A stretch of 64,000 bases of DNA from the human T2T-CHM13v2.0 reference genome, Homo sapiens, in NCBI RefSeq assembly GCF_009914755.1, contig NC_060944.1; one strand, 5' to 3'. The translations under genes were made by a program, and so were the position numbers. The notes under the pieces were generated by a model. That model saw only the letters and a program-made list of their open reading frames with translations, searched no databases and was not told the origin of the DNA. This document shows positions 44,251-60,013 of the stretch, in pieces (the first letter of the stretch is position 1; every line of letters begins with the position of its first letter).

Positions 44251-47143
44251 CTACAGCTCAGTGCAGGAACAATGAAGAGCCTCAACTAACAGGGTAAATG
44301 TCAGGAAAGCATTAATAAAAGAGGACTACAATAGCAGGGTTCATTCAAATGCACTTAGTAAAACCTGGCAGCAAAACCTCCTTCCCCATTCCTCATTGAG
44401 AAGGCTTTGGGGCCTTTTTTCCCCCTCTTATCCTGGGAAACTTACTTTTCCCTCTCTCTTCCTAGACTAGACTACTCTTCCACATCTCAAGTGATTTTCA
44501 CTACACTACTATACAGCTGGGAATAATGGGAAATGGGGAAAGGGAAGCACACCGGTCAGAAAATGAGTGAAAAACCCTGATCTTGAGAATTCAATTCCAA
44601 GTACTTGGGAAATGCAAGTATTTATATTTTTAGTGGCCATAGTACTTAACACTTTAAAAGGATATTATAAAATTGTAAATACTGCACATCAAAAAGCTGT
44701 AACAGTTTCCATGATTTCCCAATTTAGGAAGAACATCACCATTGGGAAATACACCATTCCAACAGTATGCATATATTATTTTTTTAAGGACTTTTCAAAG
44801 ATTTAACTTGTCAAATCTAGCCCATAATGGGGCAACTTGATTATTGATTTCCTGGCCTAGTGTAAAAATTTAGCAAGGCAGAAATAAAAATCTCTGGAGT
44901 TTTCTTAAAAGCTATGAAGTTTAGGAAAATGAAAACATCTAATCAGTATTAAAAATAAGAGGGATGTGACCAATATATTTTCTCATATAATCGTTAGATT
45001 TCTACAGTGGACGCCATCTGAAAGCTGCTACAGAGTGAAACAGTAGCAAGTCTGAACAGTAAGTCTGCCACAGTGCTATAATGCTCTCTTGAAGTTCTTT
45101 TTATAGAAATATATGACATCAAAATTTTGATTCAGTAACCTGATTTTCATTAAAATTTGATTCAACTGCAACACTTTATTACCACATATATGGGTTTCTT
45201 GCAACATGGGCAAAAATGTACAGGGATCTGCAGCCCAAGTTATATTGGGATAAAATACCTGGGTCCTAGGTGCTCAAAATTGGCATCTCAGGGAGCTGAA
45301 GAAATGTAACTGGTGTATACTGAAGGAACTTGAAGATAGGACCATGTGAACAGTGTCAATAAACTTTAAATAATAACAGAATTTGTCTTTTTTTTCCTAA
45401 AATGGGAAAAAATGTATAGATATCAGAAATCCATGCTATTTTGTCTACCAACCCAATCATAATTTCAAAAATGATTTGTCATATCATTTGTGACAAAGTG
45501 AAAAATAAAGCATGGTTTTCATAAAGATAAGGACTCTAACCTATTTTAGAAAGGGCCTATCAAACTGGCAGAATAAAATAATGTGGATATAGTGATGACC
45601 CATCCCTAGTTTCACCCAATAGCTTTAAAAGACTTAGGGGACAAGCACCTCAAACACAGTAAACACTCAACAATTTTATTTCAGCAAGTTATATGTAATA
45701 TTTTAATGACCACCATCTGGAGAAAAATATCCAGTTACACAGATATTCACCTAAAACATGAGTGTTATTAATGCAGAAGAAATTTATAGCAAGGCTAATA
45801 AAACAGAATGATCTTTAAAATCATCTCTACCACCACCAGCACTAAAAAAGGGAATGTAACTAGATACATAGATAAAGGGTAGGGACACTATTGTCAGGAA
45901 TCCATATGGAGCTTTAGGATTTTAGCTGGCTACATTCAAACAATCTTAATATATACTACACGATGAGAAAGAACCCAAGAGGTACATTCATCCATAATAA
46001 AAGAAATAAAGGCTAACGGTAGAACTGATATTTAACAGTGGATAATCTTCAGTTAACTGAAGACATTAAGAGCAAATCAACGTATCTGATACAGCATCCA
46101 GGGTGTAAGAAAATTGTCTATAAATGACCCCTTTGTCACTGTATCAATTCCCTGAAGGCAGGAAGAAATCTTTCACCACCCTTTAGTGGAATACCTAGAA
46201 CATGAACTAAAAATTTTCTTAGTTGTCAAAGAACATTATGAACAATGAGAAGCAATACAGGTAAACAGTTTTCTGGTTAAAAAAAAACCTTTCAAACTGT
46301 AATAATAAACTCTAGGTAATGAGTTTACTATCAATTAGAGCAAGTAGCAATCGACAATTACTCACTGTAAAGGATCGAATAGCTAACACTATAAGCTCAA
46401 AATAAATTATGTGTTAATCCAATGGAATAAAGATAACTTGAGGAGGGATCAAATGACTGTTAAATACACAAATGCCTTACTGGTTCTGATTCTTGTAAGT
46501 ATAAACTGGCTTCGCTGTCAGAAATTCTAGGGAGTAACTGCTTGTCAAATTTCAAAATAAGTCATACAATTTATAGAAAGGAAATGAAACCAAATGCAGG
46601 TTTTCTAAAGGTACTCACACACTTAAGAACAACCACTAAGAAGGCAAAACAGTGAAAAAATAAATGTAAAAACAAAAGTCGTCTTCTACTTTAATTGAAT
46701 ATTGAGCTTTCAATTTAGAAGAAAATCATGAAGCAACCACAGGACCTCTTCGTACTTTCAGATGTGGTACTACCAGGGTCTAAAATCTATCTTCTCAGTT
46801 ACAGTCTCACTTCGTATATATATATAAGGTCAAAGGACCAGCCAGGTGAGGGGGCTCATGCCTGTAACCCAGGATTTTGGGAGGTCAAGGCAGGCAGGTC
46901 TCTACTAAAAATACAAAAATTAGCTGGGTGTGGTGGGAAATGTCTGTGATCCCAGCTATGTGGGAGGCTGAGGCACCAGAATTCCTTGAACCCAGGAGGA
47001 AGAGGTTGAGCCACAGAGTGAGACTCCATCCCCCACCAACAAAATAACAAAAGGTTCTTCTTATGATGTTCTAAAAGCACGTCTTTGACATTTCAAAATT
47101 AGATCCTATCCTATCTCCCAGATTTGGGTCAATGTAAAAGTTA

Positions 47144-47473
<330 letters not shown>

Positions 47474-47994
47474 TTATGAACTAAATCCCTTTATACATAA
47501 TTGTAAAAACGTCAATTCACCCTTCTTTTCCTGTTGCCTCCAAAAGCTCCACCTCCCAATTCATGATCTTAAATTTTTATGTACTATAAAGAAAAATAAC
47601 TGTCTCAACACTCTTACTACTACAATAGTTTTAAGTAAAGCTTTTTTAAGTGCCTCTGATATTTTCTAAATTCTAATATTATAAATATTTTTTCGATCAA
47701 ACAATATACACCTTGTAGTATTCAATAAAACTGATATATTTGAAAATAAACTTATGTCAATGAATTTCGACTAAAAACTGGGGTGCAGGGTTTAAAACTG
47801 TCCTGACAACTCATTTTGATGCATGGTTAATTCTACCCTATGTCTCCACTTCCTTAAATAGAAGACTACAAACTAACAGGCTATAAGTACTTGATGAATT
47901 GAATTCTCAGTAAGTCCTTTTAAATGTAAAAATTTGGAAAATTTTCGAATTAGATGAAAAAACGATTTAAAATTAGAAAAGATTCAATTCCTAC

Positions 47995-48072
47995 CTGCCA
48001 CAGCACCAAATGCCAAAGAGCCACTCATCTGTAGAGCTTGCTGTGCTGCTGGCGGAATCTGCAAACCTGTAC
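47995..48072 (-). CDS. RBM39: RBM39 exon (~12): GTGLQIPPAAQQALQMSGSLAFGAVA
   Basis: 78 nt, ttttacag| ... CAG|GTAGGA. Confidence 0.95.
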
Positions 48073-48210
48073 CTGTAAAAGAATAGTCTTAAAGTTCCTA
48101 CTATGTTGAGAGCAGAGAAACGAAGTTTCCTGGGTCATTAATATCATGATCACTTCACTAAAATAAATTGCAAGGAGGGCCGAGTGTGGTGGTTGACGCC
48201 TGTAACTTAG

Positions 48211-48429
<219 letters not shown>

Positions 48430-48641
48430 TAGCTGGGATTACAGGTATGCGCCACCATGACCGGCTAATTTTTTATTTTTAGCAGAGATAGGGTTTCTCC
48501 GTGCTGGTCAGGCTGGTCTCGAACTCCTGAACTTAGGTGATCCACCCGCCACAGCCTCCCAAACTGCTGGGATTACAGTTGTAAGCTACCGCACCCGGCA
48601 GAAACCCCATCTCTTAAAAACAACCAACCAACCAACCAACA

Positions 48642-48675
<34 letters not shown>

Positions 48676-49160
48676 ACCACAGAAATTAGCCAGGCGTGGT
48701 GGTGGTTGTTTGCAACTGTTAGTCCCAGCTATTTAGAGATTAGGGTGGGAGGATGGCTTCAGCCAAAGAGGCAGAGGTTGCGGTGAGCCAGGATCGCACA
48801 ACTGCACTCCAAATTGGGCAACAGAGCCAGACCCTGCATCAAAAAATAAGAAATTACAAAAAGAAAAACTTGTAACATTATAATAGCTGCAACTAAATTT
48901 ATTCCTAAGTATGACATATAAACACTACATAAAGGAAAAGAAATCTTGCAACTTATACTGTGGCATTCAAAACACATAATATAGATTTCCATACATTAAT
49001 ACAAGGCACATCATCTATAAAATAATATGCAGTGTGACCAAGGATAACGCCAACTACAAAATAAGATAAAATCTTTTTCCCTTTCTTAGTTTACATGGCT
49101 ACCTTTCTTTTCCACTACAATACCCACAGTAAATCATTCGTAATAGCAAGAAACACTTAC

Positions 49161-49365
49161 CCTCTGCAAGTCTTGCCATTAACTGAAGACGACCAGTTGT
49201 TCCCAAATCAATTCCAGTCCTTTCCAGTTCATCACTGTCCAAAAATGAACTAGCACTCGAAGCATCAGTACGTTCAGTAACATGACCAACTTTCATTGGT
49301 CTTCCTGCTAGTTCAAATCCATTAAGTTGTTCCAAAGCCTTTTTGGCACATTCTGAGTCAGAAAA
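49161..49365 (-). CDS. RBM39: RBM39 exon (~11): FSDSECAKKALEQLNGFELAGRPMKVGHV...LMARLAE
   Basis: 205 nt, atgtag| ... AGG|GTAAGT. Confidence 0.97.
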
Positions 49366-50674
49366 CTACATGATAGGGGAGGCAAGGACAGGAGACAGTG
49401 CTTTAATTTTTAAAATACAAACTATACTTAAAAATATATTTATATTTTTAGCATATTCAATAATTACTTCTGAATACTAAGGTAGAAACTGCAAGCTGTA
49501 AGTAGCAAACACAACATACATGATGACGACGCTAGCTAACGCAAATTAGGCTTGTTGATGTGGTAGTTTAAATAAAAGATATTACAAGTAATGACAGCTT
49601 TATATTTGAGAACATGGGGATTGTGGTTAGAAAATGTGAAAACTGGCTGGGTGCAGTGGCTCACACCTGTAATCTCAACACTTGGAGAGGCCGAGGCAGG
49701 CAGACCACCTGAGGTAGAATTTAGTACTTTTCTAACAAAAATGTGCCCAGGGACAAAATAGTCAATATAATCCTCATATATAAAACATAAATACTTCATA
49801 CACAAGCAAATAAATACATAACTTGATATAAATTACATATATATAAAATTTTGGTTTACACATATACCCACAATGGCTTATCTGGAGAAAAAGAAAAGGT
49901 GGAAAATATCCACACTAAAGTTACTAGAATAAAAAAATAAAATTGGTGAGCTATGTTTCATAAATTTTCTCCTTTCACCAGTTCATTGACGTACGTAACA
50001 GCCTAATGACCAGTAAGTTAAACAGATTTGCTATCAACATAGCAACAGGCTTACATTTTATTGAAATGTAGATATAAGCTAACAATTTTAATTTCCTGAT
50101 AGAGATATACAGTGTACTTTTAAAAATACTATGTTTCCAGGACCTTAAAAGGTTACAGAGCTCACACATCTGAAAAAAGTTCCACCATGGATGAGTTTCA
50201 TATACATGAGTGGCACCATCTCGGCTCATTGCAACCTCTGCCTCCTAGGTTTAGGCAATTCTTCCTCATCCTCCCTAGATGCTAGGATTATAGGCGCCCG
50301 CCACCACGCCCGGTTAATTTTTTATATTTTTAGTAGAGACAAGGTTGCACCATGTTGGCCAGGATGGTCTTGATCTCCTGACCTCAGGTGATCTACCGCT
50401 CTCAGCCTCCCAAAGTGCTGGCATCACAGGCGTGAGCCACCACACACAGCCCAAAAACACTTTTGACAAGACAATTCTGGTCTTGGTTGTGAGGTATGTA
50501 CATTAAAAAAAGGATCTTTAGTAAAAAAGAATCGTTAACAGACCTTCATTTATTTAACTGTTAAGAATGTGTCAAAAGGTTATCAGAGATGAACGTATAA
50601 AACATTCAATTATATGAATAGCTGGCTGACCCCTATATGTATATATAGCACATAGTAAAGGAAAATAGGAACAC

Positions 50675-51362
<688 letters not shown>

Positions 51363-51449
51363 TAAAGCACTTGAAAATATTAAACATGCCACCTTCCCCA
51401 CCATTATTAACTATTATTGTACTTCTACTATGCAACTTGGATCAAAAAA

Positions 51450-51550
51450 TTTTAGGAGTACCTAAGTGTGATGATTTGGTTTTCACATTCATGTGTGAGC
51501 TGTGCCTGCCTTTTGTTACAAGGGCATATTACCCTTTGTTGTGAAAAAAA
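51450..51550 (+). pseudogene. U13 snoRNA (SNORD13) retropseudogene
   Basis: GTGATGATTTGGTTTTCAC...TGTGTGAGCTGTGCC...TTGTTAC..GGGCATATTACCC aligns by eye with U13; short A-tail; D box lost. Confidence 0.8.
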
Positions 51551-51715
51551 CTTTTTTGATCGGACACAGAGGCTCAGTCCTGTAATCCCAGCAGTTTGGA
51601 AGGCTAAGGTGGGACATCATTTAAGGCCAGGAGCTAGAGACTAATCTGAGCAACACAGCAAATGTAGTTTAAAAAAAAAAAAACCCTAAGTAATATAATT
51701 ATGGTAATTACTTAC

Positions 51716-51781
51716 TGTAATAAATCCATATCCCTTGGATCGACCAGTTTCACTGTCCATCATCAGCTGGATACTTTCAAT
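51716..51781 (-). CDS. RBM39: RBM39 exon (~10): IESIQLMMDSETGRSKGYGFIT (RRM2 RNP1)
   Basis: 66 nt, ttatag| ... ACA|GTAAGT. Confidence 0.96.
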
Positions 51782-52711
51782 CTATAATTGAAAAGCATAA
51801 TTACTATAACTTAAAAGCAGAGTACAAAACTACTTTCTTCCCTGAGACATGGTTTTAAAAATCTACCAGTCTCCTCATCCTCCAAAATAGAAGACTTATC
51901 ACAAAACCTCATCACCAAGAAGTCTTTTTTAAGTCTAGAAACTATAATTTTATATGTAAAATGAAAAAAATTAGGCTGGGCGTGGTGGTCGGCGCCTGTA
52001 ATCCCAGCATTTTGGGAGGTTGAGGGAGGCGGATCACCTGAGGTCAGGAGTTTGGGACCAGCCTGGCCAACATGACGAAATCAGGTCTCCACCAAAAATA
52101 CAAAAATTGTCTGGGCTTGGTGGCGCATGCCTGTACGCCCAGCTACTTGGAATGCTGAAGCAGAAGAATTGCTTGAACCCGGGAGGCAGAGGTTGCAATG
52201 ACCCCAGAGCACGCCACTGTACTCCAGCCTGGACAACAGAGCGAGACTTGGTCTCAAAAAACAAAACAAAAACAAAAAAAAAAAACAAACTCTAGAAACT
52301 TCCCAAGCGAGAAATTATGCACTGGGGAGCAGAGGGGAGAAAAAAAAACTATGATTGTAACCTAAGATTAATTTTTATATCAATACTAAACCACTGAAAA
52401 CCAGAAATCCTTCGTAAATTACCAATAGAAGGTAGAAACAAAATCAACGTTTCCTTCCCATTGTGCTAAAAACACCAAGCAGTAATTTCCAATTATACCA
52501 GACAGAATCGTAAAAATGGAATGAATTTGGCAATATACAATGAATTTGGCAATAACTGCACAATTCTGTGAATTGTACTAACTAAAAACCATTGAGTTTA
52601 CGTTCAATCAGTGAACTGTAACACAATCTCCTGATTTAGCTGTCCATTTAAAAAAAGGTATGAAAAATTAAAACAGAGCATCCAGCCAGGTGGGTTGGCT
52701 CAGGTCTGTAA

Positions 52712-53020
<309 letters not shown>

Positions 53021-53628
53021 TAGACGGGGTTTCACCGAGTTTGCCAGGATGGTCTTGATCTCCTGACCTCGTGATCCACCCGCCTCGGCCTCCCAAAGTG
53101 CTGGGATTACAGGCATGAGCCACTGCGCCCAGCCCAAGGAACGAACTTTTAATGTTAAGTATATTTTACCAAAATTTTAAAAAAGAAACAAAGTTTATTT
53201 GCTAGTATTTGCTAAGCCACAGAAAGTCTATGGAAGGATATAAAAAACAAAACAAAACAAAAAAAAAACGGGTAAGGGCTGCCTCTAGAAAAGGAGTAGT
53301 CGTGGATGAAGTGGGACTATGATAGGGATAAGATATTCTAGGAGCATTAGCTAGCAAAAAGTAAACAATATAAACATTTAGGCTGGGCTCGGTGGCTCCC
53401 ACCTGTAGGTGTGAGCTGACATGGGCAGACTATCTGAGCTCAGGAGTTCGAGACCAGCCTGGGCACCACGGTGAAACCCTGTCTCTACTAAAACACAAAA
53501 AAGTAGGTTGGGCTCCGTGACTCATGCCTGTAATCCCACCACTTTGGGAGGCCGAGGAGGGCGAATCACCAGAGGTCAGGAGTTTGAGACCAGCCTGACC
53601 AACATGGAGAAAAACCCTGTCTCTACTA

Positions 53629-53787
<159 letters not shown>

Positions 53788-54542
53788 TCAAAAAAAAAAA
53801 AAAAAAAAAAAAGCCAGGCATGGCGGCATGCACCTATAATCCCAGCTGCTAGGGAAGCTGTAGAAGAATTGCTTGAACCTGGGAGGCAGAGGTTGCAGTG
53901 AGCTATCGCACTCCAGCCTGGGTGACAGCGCAGGACTCAGACTCCAAAAAAAATAATAAAATAAACCTTTAAAAAGGGCTTCTTATTAAAGCTGCTACAT
54001 TATGTTTACTGGAGTTGGGCACTTAATGCATACTAATTGTTCTGGGGCAAAGGTAAGCAAACTACATATACCCCATGAACCAACTCCAGCTTGACTTGTT
54101 TTATAAATCTTTCTCCTGTCTGAGCCTCCAGAGTAAGCTGGAACTACAGGCATATGCCACCCAAGACCGGCTAATTTTTATATTTTTAGTAGAGAAGAGG
54201 TTTCACCATGCTGGCCAGACTGGTCTCGAACTCCTCACCTCAAGTGATCCACCCGACTCGGCCCCCAAAAGTGCAGGGATCACAGGCATGAGCCACTGTG
54301 CCTGGCCCATACTCAATTTCTTAATAGCTTACAGCTGTTTGGAAGAGAGTTGAGTACTTGCAACAAGACCATATGGCACTGAAAACCTAAAATGGGTCTG
54401 GGCGCAGTGGCTCACGCCTGTAATGACAACACTTTGGGACACCGAGGCGGGTAGATCACCTGAGGTCAAGAGTTCGAGACCAACCTGACCAACACACCAA
54501 AAATTAGCTGGGCGTTGTGGTCAGAGCCTGTAATCCCAGCTA

Positions 54543-54705
<163 letters not shown>

Positions 54706-56715
54706 TTAAATATCAACTGTTTCCTGATGTTAATTTTTATATGGTACACAGATTTCTCAAATATCCATGATTATTCTTTTTCTTTTCTTTCGGAGACACT
54801 CTGGCTCTGTTATCCAGGGGTGATCTCGGCTCACTGCAATCTCTGCCACCCGGGTTCAAGTGACTCTCCTGCCTCAGCCTCTTAAGTAGCTGGGATTAGA
54901 GGGATGCGCCACCACACCCACCTAATTTTTCTATTTTTAGTAGAGACAAGGTTTTACCACGTTGGCCAAGCTGGTCTCAAACTCCTGACCTCAAGCGATC
55001 CACTTGCCTCGGCCTCCCAAACAAAGAGATGGGATTACAGGTGTGAGCCACTGCACCTGGCCAGTGAATATATTTTTAAAAGTTAAATTTTATTTGTTCT
55101 ATCTAGCTCCTTTTAAATTTATGCCTTTTGCTAAAATTATTGAGTGGAAAAGGTTCATTCCTCACAGTGACAGGACAGTCTTGGCAACTTTCTCTCCTCA
55201 ACACAGAACTAGTTGGACACTCTTGGTTTAGGTAGATAGCACAAAGTCCTCTAGAACAAAAGCCAAGCTGCTCTGAATTGAGCTCAAGACCACAATGCCA
55301 GACACAAGGCCTCGTGGCGCCTGTGAAGCAGATCAAGTTGGTTCCTCACTTTGCCATGTAACAGCTCATGTGGCCCCAACTGCTCTGAACTTCATTTCTC
55401 CATATAGCACATAATGGCATGTCAACCTCCACCTAAGATCCATGTTACTGATAGAAAAGTCAATGGAGGCCAGGTCCAGTGGCTCACACCTGTAATCCCA
55501 GCACTTTAGGAGGCCGAAGCAGATCACCTGAGGTCAGGAGTATGAGACCAACTTGGCCAACATGGTAAAGCCCTGTCTCTAAAAAAAAAAAAAAAAATTA
55601 GTCGAGCATGATGGCAGGCACCTGTAAACCCAACTACTCGGAAGGCTAAAGCAAGAGAATCGCTTGAACACAGAGAGGAGGAGTTTGCAGCGAGGCGAGA
55701 TTGTGCCACTGCACTCCAGCCTGGGCAGCAGAATAAGACTCTGTCTCAAAAAGTCAATGGAGAAAGTACCAGAGTGGATCAGAAGTGGGTCACATACTGT
55801 TAGGCAGAACAGCCTTGCCAGAGGGGCATTCACCCACTGAAGATTTCAACAGACAGAAAAAGGGCAAATCTAATCAGGCTACCAAGGCCTGGAACTGAGC
55901 ACATAACCAGGGAGACAGAGTAATGTCTTTTTAAAGGTAAGGGTCTCGCCAGGCCAGGCTGGAGTGCAGTGGTGCCATCCCAGCTCACTGCAACCTCTGC
56001 CTCCTATATTCAAGGGAGAAATTCTGCTGCCTCGGCCTCCCGAGTAGCTGGGAACACAGAGACGCACCAACACGCCCAGCTAATTTTTGTATTTTTAACA
56101 GAGACGTGGTTTTACCATGTTGGCCAGGATGGTCTTGATCTCATAATCTGCCCACCTCGGCCTCCCTCCCAAAATGCTGGGGTTACAGGTGTGAGCCACC
56201 GCACCCGGCCAACAGAAAAGAATCTTAAGATATTCAACTTTCTTTTAAAAACAATCTTTTAAAAAAAATCCTACTAAAAAATAATAGTCTTCGTATGATT
56301 TAACAATTTTCCTTCTTTTGACACAGGATCACACTGTTACCCAAGGTGGAGTGAAGTGGCATAATCATGGCTCACTGCAACCTTGAAATCCTGGGCTAAT
56401 GTCATCCTCCTGCCTCAGCACCCCAAGTAGCTGGGATTACAGGCATGAGCCACCATGCCCAGCCAATGTGGACTTTTTATTAACTCTAATACCCATTATG
56501 CATTTCACATGGCATTATGAATAACAGTAACATTCTTTTAAGAATCTATCAAGTGACCTATTTTAATCTATGTTGTCACAGAAATTTTTATAAAACCAGC
56601 CCTTATCCTCTTAATATTAACTCACAGAAAGATAACAAAGCAAGACATACAGAAATTATGTAGTTATACTCAGATCAACAACCTACTGAAGATTCATTGA
56701 AGAACCTGGACTTAC

Positions 56716-56853
56716 TCTTCCAAAAGGCTCAAAGATCCCACGAAGCATATCTTCAGTTATGTTGAAGTGTAATGAGCCCACATAAAGCCTCATAGGTCCA
56801 GCACTTCCCTTTTGTAAATTGTTTGCCATTGCTGCAGCTCTGTTTTTTTCTGC
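56716..56853 (-). CDS. RBM39: RBM39 exon (~9): AEKNRAAAMANNLQKGSAGPMRLYVGSLHFNITEDMLRGIFEPFGR (RRM2; DCAF15/indisulam degron helix)
   Basis: 138 nt, ttctag| ... AGA|GTAAGT; Gly268 codon GGG at 56737-56739. Confidence 0.97.
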
Positions 56854-57217
56854 CTAGAAGACAAAATACACGTCACACAGAGATAACACACAGCAGTTTA
56901 AAGACATACACCTTCCATTTGCATAACAACTAATGTTAAAGTTTAGAGTGATAAAAATACTACCCTACGTAAGTCAGATACTACATATCAACTTAATAGG
57001 AGGCATCTAGAATATGCAAAATTCAGAAAGAGGAGGTAGATAACATTTTACCAAGGGCCTGCAGGAAATTAGGGAGTTACAGCTTCAAGAGTACAGTTTT
57101 TGGCTGGGCACGATGGCTCACACCTGTAATCCCAGCACTTTAGTAGGCTAAAGCAGCCAGATCACGACATCAAGAGATCAAGACCATACTGGCTAACACA
57201 GTGAAACACCATCTCTA

Positions 57218-57466
<249 letters not shown>

Positions 57467-58415
57467 CTATGTTGCCCAAGCTGGTCTTGAACTCCTAAAC
57501 TTAAGTGATCATCCTTCCTTCTCATCCACTAGAGACTGCCAGGGACTACAGCACACCCCACATCATACCCTGCTTATTTTAGAATGTTTTCAGAGCACAT
57601 GCCAGTCACATATAAAGTAAGCAGGCTGGCCGGGTGCAGTGTCTCACGCCTGTAATCCTAGCACTTTGGGAGGCCGAGGCGGACGGATCACGAGGTCAGG
57701 AGATCAAGACCATCCTGGTTAACACAGTGAAACCCCGTCTCTACTAAAAATACAAAAAAATTAGCCGGGCGTGGTGGCAGGCACCTGTAGTCTCAGCTAC
57801 TTGAGAGACTCAGGCAGGAGAATGGCGTGAACCCAGGAGACGGAGCTTGCAGTGAGCCAAGATCGCCCCACTGCACTACAGCCTGGGCGACAGAGCGAGA
57901 CTCCGTCTCAAGAGAAAAAAAAAAAAAAAAGTAAGCAGGCTACATTTCACACCTAAAATGAATCATGAACCTACATTCTTGACAACAATCTTAAGATGCA
58001 TTCTGATACCACAAATACTAAATACAGAGAAAAATGCTTCCTGGAATTGTTAGACACAACCAACATTCACTAAAATACTCTTGAGATTGGTATAACCGAA
58101 CGTAGTTGTTTGTGATAAAATAAGGTGTATATGCCATAACATAAAACTGTATCACCAAGCAAACATTTTGAGTCAGCTGTCATCCCTCCATAACCAAGAT
58201 CGCCTCAAAAAAAAAAAAAAAGAAAAGTTGTCCATTTGCATTCTAACACAGGCTTCTCTTGTAACAAACTAGAGTACATTGGATAGTACTGCTCTACAAC
58301 AGGTTGCTGCATGAATTTAAAACCTCACTTAATATGCTACTTCTCAGCCCTGGGTCCCGCCAATGCACACCCAGCCACTAAGTTTGTCTTCCAACATAGG
58401 AAATAATTTGAGTAA

Positions 58416-58720
<305 letters not shown>

Positions 58721-59112
58721 TAAAATATTAAATGCTGTCAAAGCGCTGTGCGGCTCAAGTGATCCTAACACTTCAGGAGGCCCAGGCCAGAGGATCACTT
58801 GAGCATGACAGTTTGAAACCAGCCTGAGCAACATGGCAAGACCCTGTTTCTTAAAAAAATTTAAAAATTAGCTGGGAGTGGTGGCACGCACCTGTAGACC
58901 TAGCTACTCAGGAGACTGGGGAGAAAAGACTGCTTGAGCCCAGCAGGTCAAGGCTACAGTGAGCTGTGATTATCTCACTGCACTCCAGCCCTGGCAACAG
59001 AAGTGAGACCCTATCTCAAAAACAAGGCCAGGTGTGGTGGCTCACAACTGTAATCTCAGCACTTTGGAAGGCTGGGGCAGGTGGATCACCTGAGGTCAGG
59101 AGTTCAATACTA

Positions 59113-59328
<216 letters not shown>

Positions 59329-59545
59329 TCATTACATTTCAAACACAAGGAGAAACGACAGGACGACAGTCTTGAGAAAACTGTATCAATGTTAATAAAC
59401 GCAAAGTTAAAAAAAAAAAAAAAGTCCTGAAAACATCCGACTCAACGTAATGAGCAGCAGTCACAGAACACAACAGCACTATACCATGCAACAGGAGGCT
59501 TTCAACACCACCAATAATCAAACTCTTAACCAACAAAAAAATTAC

Positions 59546-59698
59546 CTGTGATGCCTGTACTATGATTGGCACGCCTAAAACTCGTTGGCCAGTTAATCCT
59601 ATTGCTAGAGGCACTGAGCTAACATCGACGAACTCCACATAAGCAATTCCTTTGGAACGTCTTGAATTTCTGTCAGAAATCATCCTCACATCTCGAAC
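59546..59698 (-). CDS. RBM39: RBM39 exon (~8): VRDVRMISDRNSRRSKGIAYVEF...IVQASQ (RRM1 RNP1)
   Basis: 153 nt, ttctag| ... CAG|GTAATT. Confidence 0.97.
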
Positions 59699-60013
59699 CT
59701 AGAAAGAAAACACAGTTGTTTGTGCAAACATCCATTGTAACACATGTAGAATTATTTCAAGAGACACTGTTGAAGGATGAAGGTATTTTTAAAAATTTAA
59801 TTAAAAAAGTAAATCTGTAGGACAATTCCTATATCCTATCTTTATCTTTGAACAAATTTGTAGTAACATTTATCAACTCCAATACTACAAGAGGCAAAAT
59901 GGAAACATTACCACAAACAAATACTGCTACTAAATCAAATGAAGTATTTGATGTTTACATGTTTTCTCTTGCAATTTCTACCTACTTGACCTCCCTAAAC
60001 AGGTTAAGATTAC

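Noticed and set aside
48066-48072. Possible 6 nt-shifted acceptor (ACAG|GTACAG|GTT) at RBM39 exon 12
   Set aside because: No independent support; the first AG after the pyrimidine tract is normally used
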